A DNA stretch of 64,000 bases from Bacteroidia bacterium (lineage in GTDB: Bacteria > Bacteroidota > Bacteroidia > NS11-12g > UBA9320), in the NCBI GenBank assembly GCA_017640445.1, contig JAEPQQ010000003.1, positions 42,543 through 106,542 of the forward strand, given 5' to 3'. The notes under the pieces were generated by a model. It was given only the letters and a program-made list of their open reading frames with translations, ran no database searches and was not told where the DNA came from. The position numbers were made by a program, and so were the translations under genes. Positions 49,542 through 58,904 of the stretch are shown in pieces; within the stretch, counting starts at the first letter, position 1, and the number at the start of each line of letters is the position of its first letter.

Positions 49542-50057
49542 ATGGATACTTTTTTATCACTACTTGTCGGTTTCGTTATTGGGATTCTGTTCTTTGCCTG
49601 GGACAACAAAAAAGGATATGTGTGGTACAAACGTTGGTACGACCTAAGCCATAAAACACCCCTGGATTCGGACAATGTTTACAGTTTTATAAACAACCAG
49701 CCGTTTTCAAAGAGGCTGGTTCCTGCAATCATCTTAACCGTTCTTTTCGCCTGGGGCTCGTGGTTATTAGGTGACCTAAACCTCATTATTACGCTGGTTA
49801 CCGGTATGCTTTCACTGGTTGGTGTGATAGCCGGTTTCTACGTTGGCCCGATGGTTATGAACAAATTACCTAAAGGTTTAAAAGAGGCAAATAAAACCCT
49901 TAAGAAGATTGACGAATTAGAGAAAGACCTTCTCGACGACCAAAAAGAACCGAAACCGCAACAACCCCAGGCTCCTGAACAAAGCTCAAGCGACAAAACC
50001 GACGACAAAAAAGATACCGATTGGAGAAAAGGTGTTCAGGATTTTCTTGATAAATAA
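49542..50057 (+). CDS. Operon gene E: small 3-TM membrane protein with a charged cytoplasmic tail
   Basis: TMs 'LLVGFVIGILFFAW', 'AIILTVLFAWGSWLL', 'LVTGMLSLVGVIAGFYVG', and a K/D/E/Q-rich C-terminus. Confidence 0.55.
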   Translation: MDTFLSLLVGFVIGILFFAWDNKKGYVWYKRWYDLSHKTPLDSDNVYSFINNQPFSKRLVPAIILTVLFAWGSWLLGDLNLIITLVTGMLSLVGVIAGFYVGPMVMNKLPKGLKEANKTLKKIDELEKDLLDDQKEPKPQQPQAPEQSSSDKTDDKKDTDWRKGVQDFLDK

Positions 50058-50068
50058 CAAAACCACAC

Positions 50069-51658
50069 ATGGAAGAAACCACCGAACAACAAAACAACAG
50101 ACTCTATTGGATTGTCGTAAATCTACGAACCAGAATTTCGACAGCCTTAAAGAAATTCATTAAGAAACGTCCCATCCTTTCCGGGATTGTGATGTTGGTA
50201 ATTGCCTACTTCATCTTTACCGGACGCAGTGGAATTCAACCCGCGTTTCTGTTAATTCGGAAGTTCTTCTTATTGGCGTTGCTGTCGTTGGTGATTTTGT
50301 GGTGGTATTTTAAGGGGTGGAAAACACGTACCAACAGGGGCAACATAATCGGAACGATCTTCCTGCTTGGTTTTGCTGCGTTTAGCTATTTCATTGGACC
50401 AGGTCTGTTTCGATACCTGAGCCTTTATACGCACTACACCAAGCTCGAAAAGGTGGCTTTGACCGAACTGCCCCCTACTGGATTTGAACGGATTCAACCC
50501 ATCAATTCAGTTAGTACCTTAATTAATCAGGAAGCACTGCGGGAAACCGAAGATGCAACACCTCCACGGTTCATGAGAGGTAAAGACGGTAGATATTATT
50601 ACAGTTGTGCTGTTGGACCAGCGAAAGAATATAAGATTCAACAGGTGAGCAAGAATATGTACAAGGTCATTTTTGTACCATCCGACCTACCGGCTCCTGT
50701 GTTCTCTGGCAAATACCGTTCGGATGTAAGTTTTGACATTGGTGAACTTCTCTTGTTCAGTAAAAAGACAACAAGTGCCGTTATCAAAAGATTTACACCG
50801 TTGCAATTCCTAAACTACGAGCCAGCCGAACCGCTTTTTCTTCAAAACGACGAAGGTAAATGGGTTCAGGTGGTCCCTCTCATCAAATGGAGAGGCTTTC
50901 TGTTTCCAAGACCCGTCTTTGGTGGGGTGATGGTTATTGAGGATAAGTCAACCTCGAAAGGCTATTTCTCAAGGGTATTTTTTGGCAAGGGAACGTTCAT
51001 CCCAAAAGCTGAAATTTCCAAGCACCCTTATCTGGTTGGGCAAAACCTCATTCCAAAACAAGTTGCACGGTTTGTTGCCGAAAGCTTTCGCTTTGCCAAT
51101 GGCTTCTTTGCCCCAATGCCTTACTACCATGAGGGTGACATACGTATTCCACACCTGCCAAACGACGTAAACCCACAACCGTTTGTTACCTACTTCAATG
51201 TTCCGGGCGCTCCTAAACTGTACAACTTCTTTGGGCTCGAACCGTATCAGGAAACCAAGAAAGGGCTTAGCCTTAGTCTTCTCATTCCAGGTGACGACGA
51301 TGAACGGGTGTTCTACATGGATCATCGCCAATCGGAAAACACCTATATCGGAAGCAGTGCCATCTCTGCAAAAATTATTGAAAGCAAAAAGAACTACGAC
51401 TGGAGCAAGAACTACCCGGCTGAAAGTCGTCCGTTTGTTCGAAAAGTTGATGGAAAGTCAAGGTTTATGTGGTTAAGCACCATTGTAACAAAGGCTGGCG
51501 ATCAGGGAGAGTACATCGGTGGTAGTATACCGGAACTTACTCTAACGGATGCCACCCATGGGAAAGTGGTCTGGATCAATTCCGACTCCCTCATCAACAA
51601 CGATAGTTGGATCCATCTGGCTGAAGAGGAATTGCAGGAATATTGGCGAAAAGAATGA
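50069..51658 (+). CDS. Operon gene F: membrane protein with 4 N-terminal TM helices and an extracytoplasmic domain of about 400 aa
   Basis: Hydrophobic N-terminal helices followed by an aromatic-rich soluble domain. Confidence 0.55.
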   Translation: MEETTEQQNNRLYWIVVNLRTRISTALKKFIKKRPILSGIVMLVIAYFIFTGRSGIQPAFLLIRKFFLLALLSLVILWWYFKGWKTRTNRGNIIGTIFLLGFAAFSYFIGPGLFRYLSLYTHYTKLEKVALTELPPTGFERIQPINSVSTLINQEALRETEDATPPRFMRGKDGRYYYSCAVGPAKEYKIQQVSKNMYKVIFVPSDLPAPVFSGKYRSDVSFDIGELLLFSKKTTSAVIKRFTPLQFLNYEPAEPLFLQNDEGKWVQVVPLIKWRGFLFPRPVFGGVMVIEDKSTSKGYFSRVFFGKGTFIPKAEISKHPYLVGQNLIPKQVARFVAESFRFANGFFAPMPYYHEGDIRIPHLPNDVNPQPFVTYFNVPGAPKLYNFFGLEPYQETKKGLSLSLLIPGDDDERVFYMDHRQSENTYIGSSAISAKIIESKKNYDWSKNYPAESRPFVRKVDGKSRFMWLSTIVTKAGDQGEYIGGSIPELTLTDATHGKVVWINSDSLINNDSWIHLAEEELQEYWRKE

Positions 51659-52869
51659 TTGGCCTAAGACTTGCATTAACGACTTGCCTGATGCTGACGG
51701 CTTGTTTTTCCTTTTGCCAAAAAGTCAAACGAGTTAAGCAGAAAATGGAAAACAAAACCATCAAGCACATTTATGTGAGGCAAGATGGTTTGGAACATTT
51801 GGAAACGGGCGAGTTCTACCTGATTCAAAAGAAAGACACCTTGTCGAAAGGCAGGTCTTTTGCAAATGGCCTGATTCACACCTATGCTGGTGACACCACC
51901 TGGGTCACGCATAAGGACCGACCAGAGTACAAAGGCATGATGATCAACGGTAAAAAAGAAGGTCAATGGGTATTTGTGCATCGCCTGGGATACACAGGAC
52001 ACCTCCTCTACAAGAACGACAAACAAGTTGGTGATGTCTCATCCTTTTTTCCCAATGGCAAACCCTTTGTTCATTACCATCTCGACGACTCTTCAAAACA
52101 AGACGGACGTTTCGTTTTAATGAACGCCCAAAACGACACTGCTGCTGTCATACATTTTAAGGCCGACAAGCCACATGGCACCATGTGGACCAAATACTCC
52201 TCAGGGAACTACTTCTGCAAGGCCATATACCGGAATGGTAAGCTCTGGACCTACGATGAATTCGACTCAGAGGGTAAACTCAATCCCGAATCATCTGTAA
52301 AAGACGGTAATGGTACAGTGCTAATTAAGAGTGCCACGGAGTCCAAAACAGAACCGATCATGGAAGTACGTTTTGAAAACGGTTACCTGCACGGCCCGTC
52401 CACCAATTTTCAGGTAACCAATGGAGAGAATATGGAGTTTTACAAAAAAGGCGTTCTTGTTGAAAGCATGTACGAAAAATCAAGTGATTCCTCCACTAAC
52501 TGGTCGTCATGGTTTGCCTACATGATGTTCAAAGACAAGAGTGGTCGTTATCTGGGCTATGGACGAGCCAAATTTGGTGATACTGAATTGGAATTGGCGC
52601 TGGATCGATACGTTGATGATAACATACGCGTTCCTGACATTGCTTACGAAATGGCAAAATCGGGTCAGGTTATTGTGGAGTTTACGGTTGAACAAGATGG
52701 TAGGGTAAGCAATTTGACAATTGGATCAGACGTAAAATTAGGTTATGGGGTGGAACAGGCGTGTTTGAACGTTATTGAACAAACCAGTGGCTCGTGGCGC
52801 CCATTCACCCGGTTTGGTTTACCGCAACGAATTAGGTTTACCAAGCCAATCGGGTTTAACTTTTTCTAG
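51643..52869 (+). CDS. Operon gene G: lipoprotein with YwqK/MORN-variant repeats and a C-terminal TonB_C-like domain
   Basis: Signal/lipobox 'LTTCLMLTAC'. Repeated 'G.W..Y..NGKL' units. C-terminal 'VIVEFTVEQDGRVSNLTIGSDVKLGYGVEQACLNVIEQTSGSWRPF' fits the TonB C-terminal pattern. 16-nt overlap with gene F. Confidence 0.6.
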   Translation: MAKRMIGLRLALTTCLMLTACFSFCQKVKRVKQKMENKTIKHIYVRQDGLEHLETGEFYLIQKKDTLSKGRSFANGLIHTYAGDTTWVTHKDRPEYKGMMINGKKEGQWVFVHRLGYTGHLLYKNDKQVGDVSSFFPNGKPFVHYHLDDSSKQDGRFVLMNAQNDTAAVIHFKADKPHGTMWTKYSSGNYFCKAIYRNGKLWTYDEFDSEGKLNPESSVKDGNGTVLIKSATESKTEPIMEVRFENGYLHGPSTNFQVTNGENMEFYKKGVLVESMYEKSSDSSTNWSSWFAYMMFKDKSGRYLGYGRAKFGDTELELALDRYVDDNIRVPDIAYEMAKSGQVIVEFTVEQDGRVSNLTIGSDVKLGYGVEQACLNVIEQTSGSWRPFTRFGLPQRIRFTKPIGFNFF

Positions 52870-54488
52870 AACACCTCAACCTTGGCATACCCCACCATAC
52901 CATTTTCAATAATGCGGATAAAGTAATGGCCCGGTTGGTTTAGCTCTACACCTACCCTGGCATTAGACGAAGTCAAGAATTTAACAATAGAGCCGTAGCT
53001 ATTAAATACTTCAATAACACGTTCTTCTCTCGACTCAAATTCCAATGTACAATGCCCGGAAGTTGGGTTGGGATACACTTTATGTAATCTGGGCGACACC
53101 AAATCGTTATTTCCAACAATCACATAAGTGCCACAAAAACGGTTGCTATCCAGATCCACCTCTAGTTTCCCATTCGGTGCCAGTGCCTCAAAGCACAAAT
53201 CCAGAATCGGGCCACGTTTAATACCCATAAAACGCGTTTTTGATTCAAATGTAGCTTCATCACCTGGTGCCAGGTTAAGGGAATCGAGCACCTCATAATA
53301 GATCGCATTTTGACACCAGGCAAGATGCCCTAGGTTGCAGAAGATAGCCACTGAGTGCAGTGTATCCAGGCCGACATTTTTGATTGCAAACTCTCCCTCT
53401 GCTGTAAAACTACCTACTTGGAATTCGTCAGTGGCAATGCGCCTCAATTGAGCTTGTTTTAGTTGTACATTGGGCGATGGTCTTTCGATGGGTCTTGTAC
53501 GCCAGGGTTGAGCGAACGCCATCATCTGGCCAGAGTACGAATTCCCGGTAAAAATGAACTCCGATTGGGTTCGATGAACATCGGTCACGTTACCTCCTGG
53601 ATTCTGATACATAATAGTGTTCCAGGATGAGTTGGTTTGTTCATGGAGCACGACCTGGTTCGTATCGGCTTCTATAATAAATACGGTGGCATCAATCAGT
53701 TTGATTTTTTTAAACTCTTTGGATGCCTGAAGCAAAGTATCCCTAACGATTAGTCCGGTATCCATTCGAAGAATTGACTTATCTGTTTGAAGTAACACAT
53801 TATCTCCTTGTAACACGGCACCCTGTATTCCGCCTATGTAGGAACTGGAATCAAGTAACACACCAGAAGTATCTGCCTTATAAACGCGCTCTTCGGTTGA
53901 CAACAAAAGCGTTGAACGATCAACAAAGACCATGGCCACCAGTGGTGACCCCATATTGAGCCACCTGGCTGATCCGATCTCGCGTGCAGCTGTATCAAAC
54001 GTAAACAAAGCATTATCAACGCCAATTGCGCCCAATCCATCCCCGTTAAAATCAACCAAAATGGGTTACTCCCAGGGAGGTTTAAGGTACAAGGGTTCTG
54101 TGGTTTCCAGCGTATAGAGCTGCTTCCCATTTGGGCTATATGCGGCAAAGACCACTCGTTCATCCATAACCACATCCCCACTATTGTATTCAACCCCTAC
54201 GGTATGAATAATCGAAGGAGTAGTAAAAATGGTTCGAAAGAACGCATTTGACGTATCCCTGGATGTTAAATGCCACTTTTCCACACCGTTTTGAAGAGTC
54301 ACAATACCTTGATAAAAACAAGACGGAACGGACAGTTTACCTCCAACAATCAATAGAGAATCGTTAAACACAGCTGAACCCAATAGAGTGGATTTGGTAT
54401 GCGAAGTTTCTGTATCAACCCACGACCAGGACTGGCACAACGCAAGGTTGGCATACAAAACGAACAAAAAACTAAGGAAGTGTTTCAT
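52866..54488 (-). pseudogene. T9SS-secreted FG-GAP-like protein gene interrupted by one in-frame TAA (rc of 54066-54068). ORFs 54066..54488 and 52866..54059 form a single reading frame.
   Basis: Upstream ORF has the signal peptide 'MKHFLSFLFVLYANLALC'. Downstream ORF begins at a TTG and ends with Por_Secre_tail 'KVYPNPTSGHCTLEF...QPGHYFIRI'. Same frame, separated by TAA plus two codons. Confidence 0.6.
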
Positions 54489-54564
54489 GGTATCAAAAGT
54501 GTACGAAAGCTTCTCCGAAGATACGGCTTCCGAATATCACAGGCCGTCAGTTGGTTGTCATATA

Positions 54565-54595
54565 CAAAAAAGGCCCGACAATGTCGAGCCTTTCT
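54565..54595 (-). terminator. Bidirectional terminator-like hairpin
   Basis: 'aaaaaaGGCCCGACaatGTCGAGCCtttct'. Confidence 0.4.
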
Positions 54596-54767
54596 GTGGT
54601 GTGGGGCGTACCACAACCATTTTATTTTATTTGACTACATTGTACTATTAAAGCCTAAAAATACAAATAATCTTCATATTAACAACACAATACAATCACA
54701 TCACATACATGTTGTTCGTCCCCAATATTGTCCCCCATTTGGATATATCATATATTTGCGGGGACAA

Positions 54768-56081
54768 ATGAACGTAATTAACATCCCAAATCCTACCATA
54801 AGTTTTCACCCTAAAAATCTCAAGGCCAAATCAAACACTGTACTTTACGCCAGGGTTTATTGGAAAGGGCAAGATTTTAAAGTTTATACCAACTCAAAAG
54901 TAGACCCCATCAAATGGAAGGAACATAAACGAAAATCCAAAAAGTCCGACTTTGATAGTCTTTTTGGAAAAACTTCCATCTATGGTGATCTAAACACAAT
55001 AAGAAATCAAATCATTAATGCATTCGAATTATATAAAGCTCAAGTGATTAATACGGGCAACGAATTTGTATTCAACGAATTCAAATCTTTATGCAGGGAC
55101 AATCTTACTAAAGACAAAAATGTTCAGCGCGGAGATTACCGAACTGACCTAATTGCTTTTGCTAAACACTATTACGCAGAACTTAACGGCCATAGGGCAA
55201 AAGGAACGCTAAAAACGTATAATACATTAATCACTCAGCTAGAAGCATTCAAAGAGACTAGTAACAAACTGTCTTTCGACCTGAAGGACATTGACCTTAA
55301 GTTCTATCATGAATTTGTTTCTTTCTTGTACTCTATCCCTACTCCTACCAAAACTCCAGTCAAAGCAAACACAGTAGGTAAGAAAGTCGCAATTCTTAAG
55401 GCATTTTTAAGGGAGTCGCATGACCGTGGCTATCACAACAACACTGCATACCTCAAAAGCAGTTTCAAAACACCAAGAGAAGAGGTGGATTCTGTTGTAC
55501 TATCTCCAGAACAGGTTCAAACAATTTCCAATTTGGACTTGAAAGAACACCCTGGTCTTTCTGCGGTTCGAGACATCTTTATTTTCAACGTAAAATGTGG
55601 CCTTAGGTATAGCGACCTACAAACCATAACACGTGACATTATGATTGTTGACAGTAACGACAATAGGCAGCTAAGAATCAAATCACAGAAAACTGGTAAG
55701 GACATCCTCCTTCCGTTGATTCCTGAAGCCCATGAAATTTGGGCACGATATGACTACAAATTCCCACATATATGGCCTCAGAAGTTTAATAAAAAGATCA
55801 AGACAATAGCAAAGTTGGCTGAGCTTCAAGATAATTTTTCAGTAGAACGGACTAGTGCCAAAAATGTAAAAACCAGAGAGACACGTCCTTTCTGTGACTG
55901 GATATGCACGCATACAATGAGAAGGACCTGGGCTACTACAGAGTATCGCAGTGGAATCCCTTTATACATAATATCTCGACTTTTGGGGCATAGCTCCGAA
56001 AAGGTCACTAGAAGATACTTAAAGATTGACCTTGACCAAGTAGCATCAGATTATTTCAGTTATAAGAAAAAAAATGACTGA
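54768..56081 (+). CDS. Tyrosine-type site-specific integrase (Bacteroidetes phage-integrase family)
   Basis: C-terminal catalytic region 'HTMRRTWATTEYRSGIPLYIISRLLGHSSEKVTRRYLK' (R...H..R..Y), 438 aa from the ATG at 54768. Confidence 0.8.
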   Translation: MNVINIPNPTISFHPKNLKAKSNTVLYARVYWKGQDFKVYTNSKVDPIKWKEHKRKSKKSDFDSLFGKTSIYGDLNTIRNQIINAFELYKAQVINTGNEFVFNEFKSLCRDNLTKDKNVQRGDYRTDLIAFAKHYYAELNGHRAKGTLKTYNTLITQLEAFKETSNKLSFDLKDIDLKFYHEFVSFLYSIPTPTKTPVKANTVGKKVAILKAFLRESHDRGYHNNTAYLKSSFKTPREEVDSVVLSPEQVQTISNLDLKEHPGLSAVRDIFIFNVKCGLRYSDLQTITRDIMIVDSNDNRQLRIKSQKTGKDILLPLIPEAHEIWARYDYKFPHIWPQKFNKKIKTIAKLAELQDNFSVERTSAKNVKTRETRPFCDWICTHTMRRTWATTEYRSGIPLYIISRLLGHSSEKVTRRYLKIDLDQVASDYFSYKKKND

Positions 56082-57018
56082 GTATCAAATAAAATATGAC
56101 CCTTACCGTTTTAATTCGTTTAAAGAAGGTGAGTCAGAACTAATAACAAGTTATGGATCTTTTCCTAGACAGAGCGCTTTAGAAATGTTTCTCGCAATGG
56201 TCTTTGTATCATTCAATCCAGATGCGTCATATAGTATTATCTCCCCTTTAAAACGCAGCATCACAAATCTTCATGACGGCTACACATTTCATCCACCTAC
56301 AGTTTTGAGCAATAATGAATTAAAACCCACCCAAATTGAAATTGACATAGTGAACTCGTCCAGATTTGAAGAAATGATCGATCAAATATTCTACAAAACT
56401 GACTCAAGGCTCAACCTCTTTTGTTCAAAATATGGTCCTAACCATCCTGGGCAGTTAAGTTCTGTATTGTCCCAACTGGAAAATCTACTTTGTAGTGATA
56501 TCTATCCTCCCGAACAAAGTAATCTCCCCAAAATTGATGTTAAGTTATTTGACACTAAACGACTCATTGGAATCATGAGTGATAGGCAAGCTGAATTAAG
56601 AGGGGGATTGCACAAACAAAGAAAATATTATTGCCACTCATTTGTCAAAACTGAGGCCATAGAAATTTTTGAATTCAACAAATATGAAACTTTTATTAGG
56701 TTCGAATCTTTACACCTCAATGGCAGGTTTATCAACCTTCAGACCAAGAAATGGTTAAAAGGTGATACTGAATTTATATGTCTTTGTCTAGCTGTTGTTC
56801 AAAAGAATTACATTTTCAAACCAATACTCAATAAAGGAATCAGAAATAACAACAGGCTGCACAATGTAATTGCATATTATGAAAAAAGGTATAATTACAA
56901 ATTAGGGCCAAACTTAAGAAAGCCCTCTCAGTATGAAAAGCGATTTGGCAAATATGCTCCGCAGAGTAAAAAAGCTGAGTTTCGTGAGCCGTACTCCTAT
57001 CTCGTGAGTTACGTTTAA
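56074..57018 (+). CDS. Hypothetical protein (island cargo)
   Basis: 314 aa ORF overlapping the integrase stop by 8 nt. AT-rich. Confidence 0.45.
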   Translation: MTEYQIKYDPYRFNSFKEGESELITSYGSFPRQSALEMFLAMVFVSFNPDASYSIISPLKRSITNLHDGYTFHPPTVLSNNELKPTQIEIDIVNSSRFEEMIDQIFYKTDSRLNLFCSKYGPNHPGQLSSVLSQLENLLCSDIYPPEQSNLPKIDVKLFDTKRLIGIMSDRQAELRGGLHKQRKYYCHSFVKTEAIEIFEFNKYETFIRFESLHLNGRFINLQTKKWLKGDTEFICLCLAVVQKNYIFKPILNKGIRNNNRLHNVIAYYEKRYNYKLGPNLRKPSQYEKRFGKYAPQSKKAEFREPYSYLVSYV

Positions 57019-57100
57019 GTTACATTTGATCTACATCTAGGTTACATATTTTCAACACACAACGAATTTATGCACATTTAACTGAGGCCTATAGGTTACG
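57008..57100. repeat. Cluster of four GTTAC(A/G)T direct repeats (iteron or arm-site-like)
   Basis: GTTACG 57008, GTTACAT 57019, GTTACAT 57041, GTTACG 57095. Confidence 0.5.
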
Positions 57101-57139
57101 TTTTAAGAGCCCCCCTATTTTCAGAATTAAATTTGTAGT

Positions 57140-57436
57140 GTGAAAACATCACTAAATATACAACTGTCAATTGAAGAACTCAAAGAGCTAATTGAGGGCA
57201 CAGTTCGTGCATCACTTTCAGCTCTATTGAACAATACTGGTGACAATAAAATGATGTCTGTTCGACGAGTTTGTGAATATCTCGACATCTCAAAACAGAC
57301 CTATTACAATTGGGTGAAGGGTGGTATCTTAAAACCATTCTATATCGGACATAAGCCTTATATAAGGGTTCAAGAACTTCAAGACGCTATATCAACCAGC
57401 CCAGTTAAGTCACAACATCAAATTGATTTATCTTAA
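57140..57436 (+). CDS. Excisionase/MerR-type helix-turn-helix DNA-binding protein
   Basis: 'MSVRRVCEYLDISKQTYYNWVKGGILKPFYIGHKPYIRVQEL' is typical of the HTH_17/Xis family. Confidence 0.6.
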   Translation: MKTSLNIQLSIEELKELIEGTVRASLSALLNNTGDNKMMSVRRVCEYLDISKQTYYNWVKGGILKPFYIGHKPYIRVQELQDAISTSPVKSQHQIDLS

Positions 57437-57453
57437 ATCTAATCCATAAAAAT

Positions 57454-57642
57454 ATGAAAAACATAATTCACATAGATCCTGAAGTTAGTCGATATAAATA
57501 CTTTACGATTGTTCCAGACATAAATTTCACAAGCATTATTCCTGAAGAGCTACAGAATGAAAAAAACATTGACTTTGCTATTTATTTTATAAGTCTATTG
57601 TGCAAACGAATTGGCTACTCACTTAATGGACAATCATGCTAG
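57454..57642 (+). CDS. Small hypothetical ORF (62 aa)
   Basis: Fills the gap between the Xis-like gene and the next ORF. Codirectional. Confidence 0.25.
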   Translation: MKNIIHIDPEVSRYKYFTIVPDINFTSIIPEELQNEKNIDFAIYFISLLCKRIGYSLNGQSC

Positions 57643-58898
57643 GTCCAGTCCACAAATCTTACGACTCAAGTGTATCAATATGTGGACTCCGTTTGAAGGC
57701 TTTAAATAATAATTACGCCAAAATCATAAAACCACTTCTAGTAAATGAGAACCCTAACGGTTTTATAACTCGGGGCCCATACTCTGTAAAGGACCACAAA
57801 TGCTTCACCTACAGCATGCTTAAAGGCAGTTTAGATACTATGGTCTTAAAAGGTATTAATAACCAAAAGTTAATCAACAAACTAATATTACAGGAAACCA
57901 AGATTGATGACACAGTGTATAGTCGCTACCCTTTTCTTTTAAGACATTTCAACACAAAAAAACTCAAGATTAACACCTACAAAGCTTTAAAAATAATACA
58001 AGAAAAAAGTCAAAGTACAGAGGAGATATTCAGCCGACTCAGATGCATTCAGGACATACACAATGGAACCTATAGAATTTCTCTTAACCCTGAAACAGAT
58101 GGAAGAGTTCACACTCCTATCACCTCGTTGCCAAAAAGTGTTAGGCAACATGTTTCATACAACGGAAAACCGTTGGTTGAGATCGATATTTCGAATGCCG
58201 TCCCATTTTTCATATTCCTTTTCCTTAAAACTTCACACCAAAAAAACACCCCTAAAGTCTTTTCATCAAGTACTAACAACTGCTACCCTTTAGCTTCATT
58301 TCTTGATGTTTTAAGTTCTGTAGCCTTTATAACCTATTCTATGATTCTCAAAAAGCTGAGGCACGTTGATACCAATGAGTTTGAGCTCTTGCGCAGAACA
58401 ACTACGACAGGAACATTTTACGACCAATTCGTAGAAGATTTTAAAGAGTCCCATTCATACGCTGAATTAAAAAAAATGTCAATCGAAAATGGTGCTGATT
58501 TTAACGGAAGTCATAAAGACATAAAGAGGATTGTTAAAAAGAGAATGTTATCAATGATCTACGCTAAACCAAAGGGTTTCAAAAAAGAACAGGCAATATT
58601 TGCTAGACACTTTCCAACACTACTCCTTGCATTAAACTCGGCTAAAATCTCAGGCAAAGGCAAAGAAAGATACAAGAACCTTTCTCATTTGTTTATGCAG
58701 TTTGAAGCAAGCATCATGATAAATCTATGTGCACGTAGGTTCAATCAAAAGTTTGCGAGACATGCTCCTATATTTACCTTACATGACTGTCTAATTACAA
58801 CTGCTGATTACGCAGCTAAGCTTCAAGAGATAATAGAATCTGAATTTCTAGAGCATTTTTCAGTAAAGCCGAAACTTAAACGACAAATATGGAATTAA
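57636..58898 (+). CDS. Hypothetical protein of 420 aa (possible replication/mobilisation function)
   Basis: Long AT-rich ORF. No relaxase or primase motif identified. Confidence 0.45.
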   Translation: MLGPVHKSYDSSVSICGLRLKALNNNYAKIIKPLLVNENPNGFITRGPYSVKDHKCFTYSMLKGSLDTMVLKGINNQKLINKLILQETKIDDTVYSRYPFLLRHFNTKKLKINTYKALKIIQEKSQSTEEIFSRLRCIQDIHNGTYRISLNPETDGRVHTPITSLPKSVRQHVSYNGKPLVEIDISNAVPFFIFLFLKTSHQKNTPKVFSSSTNNCYPLASFLDVLSSVAFITYSMILKKLRHVDTNEFELLRRTTTTGTFYDQFVEDFKESHSYAELKKMSIENGADFNGSHKDIKRIVKKRMLSMIYAKPKGFKKEQAIFARHFPTLLLALNSAKISGKGKERYKNLSHLFMQFEASIMINLCARRFNQKFARHAPIFTLHDCLITTADYAAKLQEIIESEFLEHFSVKPKLKRQIWN

Positions 58899-58904
58899 TA
58901 TAAT

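Noticed and set aside
54066-54488. Treating 54066..54488 and 52866..54059 as two independent genes
   Set aside because: They are in the same frame, separated by one TAA. The downstream ORF starts on a non-ATG codon and lacks a signal peptide, while the upstream ORF lacks the T9SS CTD. A single interrupted gene is the simpler explanation.
54489-54767. Looked for a tRNA gene or tRNA 3' fragment as the integrase attachment site
   Set aside because: No cloverleaf-compatible sequence and no GGTTCGAATCC-type T-arm or CCA-end remnant. Only a hairpin and an inverted repeat were found.
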